From: Jimgerdemannia flammicorona
Lineage: Eukaryota
Assembly (NCBI GenBank): GCA_003990765.1
Contig: RBNJ01000171.1
Coordinates: forward strand, 1-38,004
DNA length: 38,004 bases
Direction of reading: 5' to 3'
In this document: positions 33,809 to 38,004 of the stretch, one piece after another
Position numbering within the stretch: the first letter of the stretch is position 1
Layout of the letters: each line of letters starts with the position of its first letter
Notes under the pieces: model-generated
The model's database searches: none
Told to the model about the DNA's origin: nothing
What the model saw: the letters and a program-made list of their open reading frames with translations, nothing else
Made by a program: the position numbers and the translations under genes

Positions 33809-36574
33809 ATGGAAAGAAAACGTTACCCGACCACTGCCATTCATGACCCAGCCAAGGATTCAAGACTATGACTGCCGTGCATTTCAGACCACTATTCGGA
33901 CCACCACCATTCAACTGCCATTCGAGATTCAAGACCCAGAAACCCAGGGATACCCAGCCAAAGGATACTAGACCGCCAAAGACCGACCCGCTGTCAAAGA
34001 CCCGAATGACCACCAGGAACCTTTCAAGTTAATAAGTCAAGATGGACGAGCAAGCCGTCAACCTCCATTTTCCTGACCTACTGCACCACGGACCACTTTA
34101 ATTGACTACATAAAGAGTAAGCCTGTCATTGCCGTATAAATTCAAGTTCGCCACCAAGTTAATCGCCGCCAGGAAACTTAGCCAGCATAACTGCCGCCCT
34201 TATCTACTAAACAATTGAGCCATCATCGAACGATCTCTCGCTATTATCAATTACCGCATGAATCGAACGACCTGTCACGTGACCATCGACCCATAACCAT
34301 CGCGAATGCACTCAGACATATACCGCGCACTTCACCAAGTGGCACATTGAGCAGTGCCAGAAGAGAGATAGAGATACAAACCCGATGCCACAATATATAT
34401 AATTAATGTATTTCTTGAGTACTAAGCAAAGAAGCCAGCAACAACAATAAGTATAAGGATAATGATCTCACTCCTGAAGAATTATAGAGTAAAATTAAGT
34501 CTGATATATCACATCTATATATATTTAGTTACAAGACATTCATTCTTAATAAAAGTAATACTAATCAGTATAAATTTAAGCCAAAAGCTGGCAAACACAT
34601 ATTTCTTAAGTGTTCTGGCACTGGTAAGACATATAGACTCTGGGATCCATGTAAGTAGTATATTATCATTTAGTATAATATATAATTCAGAGAAAAAGAA
34701 AATAAAGAATCCTGTATAGATATATTAGTATATATATCTACATCTATATCCCAGTTATGTAGTACAAGTGTACCAACTATCATCAATCTCATCAGCAGTC
34801 AATTGAAATTATTTTCAACCACTATATATACCTGAGCCAGAGTTGCCTGAGCTAAGAATAATGGAGATCAAGGATAAAGATGATAATAAATTCAATACTG
34901 AGAGATCCTCTACAAAGAATAAGCAAAAGCATTCCAATATTCACTAAGAAACCCATTCTGAATTAGGAAGTTATTAGGATATACCAGTGAGCCCTAGATA
35001 GTAGTAATATCAAGACCATATGAGCTATACTGAAGTATATAAATATATATATATTATAAAATCTGGTGAGTCAAATATATATAACAATACCATACAATCT
35101 CTAGATAGCAAAAAATGGGAATATATAATAGATAAGGAGTATGATTTACTCATCAAGAATAATATATAGGATTTTATACTCCTTCTATCAAATTATCAAA
35201 TAATTGGATCCAAATGGGTTTATAGAATCAAGTATAAGAGCAATGAAAGTATAGAGCAATATAAAGCTTATTTCATTGCTAAGAGTTATTTACAGGATTA
35301 TGATGTAGATTATAATGAGATATTTTTACTAGTATTTAAGCTTACTTTACTAAAAATACTTATCATGATCAGTATACTATATAATCTGGAAATCTATCAA
35401 ATGGATATCAAGACAGCATTTCTGAATGGTGATATAGATACTGAACTATATATTCATCAATTACAAGAATACAAAAAAGATGAGCTCATATATAAACTAT
35501 ATAAGAGACTATATAGTATTAAGCAAGTAATATAACTATAAAATAAAAGAATTAATAAACATCTCCTTAATAATGAATTCACCCACTACAAAGCAGATAA
35601 TTATATATATCCAGTACTATAATGATGGCAGTAAAGTCTTCATTGGAATCTGGATTGATGATATTATTGTTATTACTAGAAAAATAAGCTTAATAGAGTT
35701 AAAGAAGCTTTATACTGAGAATTCAGAATGATAGATATGGGTGATACATCCTTCCTTTTGGGGATATCTATCATATATAATAGAAACTGTATACTATATA
35801 TCTCTCACAAGTGATATATACTCAAATAATCCTTAAACATTTCACTATGAATAAATGCAAACATATCAGTACTTATGAATACTTCTGTAAAGTTAAGGAA
35901 GCTAGATACTACTCTCAAGGATGATGACAATATGCTAGCTAAAAATAGTACCAAAGATATACTGTATTAGTAAGCAGTTGGTTCTCTTATATATCTCATA
36001 CTGAAAATGAGGTCTGATATATTATGTATATACTATAAATAAGATAGCACAGTATTTCTCTTGTTATGATAATTTATATTAGAACACTGTCAAGAGAATA
36101 TTTAGGTATCTTAAGGATATAGAATATTATACTCTTGTATTAGATAATGGTGATAGTGAGAGAAATGACAAAGAGAATAATATTCAGCTATCTAGTATAT
36201 ATAATACAGATTGGGCAGGTAATCTTAACAACTGCCAATCTATGACTGAGTATCTCTTCTATATCAGTAAAAACAACCAAGGGTCTATTATCTCATGGTA
36301 AATATATAAGTAATTATCTATAGTAATATCATCAATATAGGCAGAGTATCAGAAATTATCATTAGAAATAAAGAAAGCTTTTGGCTTCATAAACTATTAA
36401 AAGAAGTTGGATTCACTCAAAAATAAAGCACTATACTATATTAGAATAACTTATCTATAATTGTACTTACTAAGAATTTAGTATATTATAGTAAAATAAA
36501 ATATATTAATATATAGTATTATTTCATTTATAAATGTATAGAAAATAATACTATATACTTGGAATATATTCTTA

Positions 36575-36780
36575 TCCCTTACTCTGTAATGCAGCCGAAT
36601 TTGGCTGCAAAAAAAAAAAACTATAAAAATATTATAAAAATCAAAAGAAAATCAAAAAAATAAAATTATCAAAAAAAAATTTCATATAATTTTATAATAA
36701 ATATTAAGTCAAAAAAAAATTTAAAAATTTAAAATTTTTTTGCAGCCAAATTTAGCTGCATTATATTACAGAATAAGGGA
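36575..36780. mobile_element. MITE (Tc1/mariner-type, TA target duplication) inside Copia RNase H
   Basis: TA|tcccttactctgtaatgcagccgaatttggctgcaaaaaa ... ttttttgcagccaaatttagctgcattatattacagaataaggga|TA; ~40-bp TIRs around an A/T-rich core. Confidence 0.9.
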
Positions 36781-37181
36781 TAGTATATGATCACTAATTC
36801 ACTTACAAAAGCTCTTCTAAAGCTAAAGTTTAAGCTATACATATAAGAAATAAGTCTTATGAGTAATATACTAGTTTAGTGGTTAATTATAAGATACTTT
36901 TCAGACTCTAAAAAGTCCCTCCTACTATATTTGCATTATTCTTATATTATTTACATCCACATTATGCATTCTTACTACATTTCTCATCTATAAGTGGATT
37001 TTGTAGATATTTTAGATATTATGAAATACTTTTTGACCTACAATAATTTTTTAGATATAGGATTTTATAATAGTAATTTAAGTTATATATAGTTCTAGTT
37101 TTTGTATACATTGTATTACTTTTTTACTCTAGTTTATATTCTCTTTTCTTTTTCAAATTTATATATCTTATTGAGTGGGAG

Positions 37182-37310
37182 TATTGAAATGGTAACTCAA
37201 TATATTAATATATAACTTATATCATTCTATTAGATTTACATTATTCATTAGTAATATATAAAATATATAACCTATATAACTTTAATAAAGTATCTCTCTT
37301 TTTTACAATA
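37182..37310 (+). repeat. Copia 3' LTR
   Basis: Follows the polypurine tract and shares both ends with 28230-28304. Confidence 0.85.
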
Positions 37311-38004
37311 CTTAAGATATAGAGATATTACTCAAAATAAATAGACTTTATAAAATATACAATTCTCTTTAGAATTTACTTTATATAAATATCTATACAA
37401 TAATAACTTCAGATTTTTAAAAAAGATATTTAGCAATATCTGCTCAACTGATTTCAATTATTGATTTTGAGTATTCTATATCTTTTCTTATAGAATTTGA
37501 TATATGATTTATATTGATATCTTATTTTACTAATCTTGAATGATTTTCTGAAGATATTACTCAACTTTTACAAATAACTATATCTGAGTATACTAGTTCT
37601 ATAAAGATATTTTTGGCTTATATATGAGAATTCATTACTGATGAAGTTTTAAAGTATATTATATTCTATCTTGAGTAGTATTATTATACTTTATTATTTG
37701 TTCATACAGATGATACACTTGAGAAGATATATTGAGCTTTAGAAGAATTTGACAAAGTAAAGAAAATCTTTATAAAGGTATCTTCAAATCAGCTTCAGAT
37801 ATATAAACTATAAATAATATAATACTGAAAAGAGTATATATATTAAGAAGTGTGGCACTTCTAACAACTATGATATAGAGTCAGGGTGGACGCTGGCGCA
37901 GTTTGGTGGTGAGGATCTGTGAGCAAAGTGGAGAAAGGGTGGAAATGGTATTAGACAAGGTGGTCTTTCATAGGGAAGGAGTAGGGGGGGGGGGGCCCCC
38001 TAGG

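Larger units (their letters stand above)
31872..34392 (+). mobile_element. 2.5-kb insertion with TG..CA ends, putative solo LTR of an LTR retroelement, inside the Copia integrase
   Basis: Ends TGTGAC...GCCACA with a 4-bp TSD (atat); removal restores the integrase frame (VIYIYN*CIS). TATA-like gtataaata at ~33455 is followed by AATAAA at 33482. GC and CpG content are higher than in the host. Confidence 0.8.
28230..37310 (+). mobile_element. Full-length, heavily mutated Ty1/Copia LTR retrotransposon interrupted by three nested insertions
   Basis: LTRs at 28230-28304 and 37182-37310; aaggttatgagc follows the 5' LTR and a PPT (gagtgggag) precedes the 3' LTR. Domain order is gag, protease (VMDSKAI), integrase (HQCLGY..CKNC, IQSDNRCEY), RT (IGSKWVYRIK, QMDIKTAFLNG, WIDD), RNase H (DWAG, AEY, LTKAL). 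Confidence 0.95.

Noticed and set aside
37311..37870. AT-rich, CpG-free flank (also 27742-28229 and 22480-22632), probably older TE relics
   Set aside because: Too eroded to assign a family or boundaries by eye.
37885..37960. Pol III A-box-like tggcgcagtttgg (tRNA or SINE head)
   Set aside because: No B-box or cloverleaf within the window.

Overview
Eukaryotic, intron-rich DNA that is most likely fungal. The RI-type LRR exons, the DUF1703-like PD-(D/E)XK family and the Chz1 gene suggest an early-diverging Mucoromycota/Endogonales-like genome, but that is inference. The left ~22 kb is CpG-normal and contains the 3' end of an unknown spliced gene, a tandem PD-(D/E)XK nuclease-fold gene, a 4-exon CHZ-motif histone chaperone, a decayed one-repeat-per-exon LRR gene with a Gly-rich tail, a CpG-intact solo remnant of a tyrosine-recombinase retroelement, a patch of gene fragments (ankyrin, RCC1, possible RING), and a 5-exon NmrA-like gene with a degenerate partial duplicate. 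The right ~15.5 kb is an almost CpG-free transposon cluster. It holds a complete Ngaro-type element (A1-gag/RT/RH/YR-B1-A2-B2) and a full-length Ty1/Copia element carrying three nested insertions: a poly(A) retrocopy with a 17-bp TSD, a 2.5-kb ORF-bearing putative solo LTR and a TA-flanked MITE. The most notable signals are RIP-like C-to-T hypermutation at both CpG and CpA/TpG that is concentrated in repeated DNA, and the giant ORF-carrying solo LTR. All calls come from manual reading; no database searches were run.
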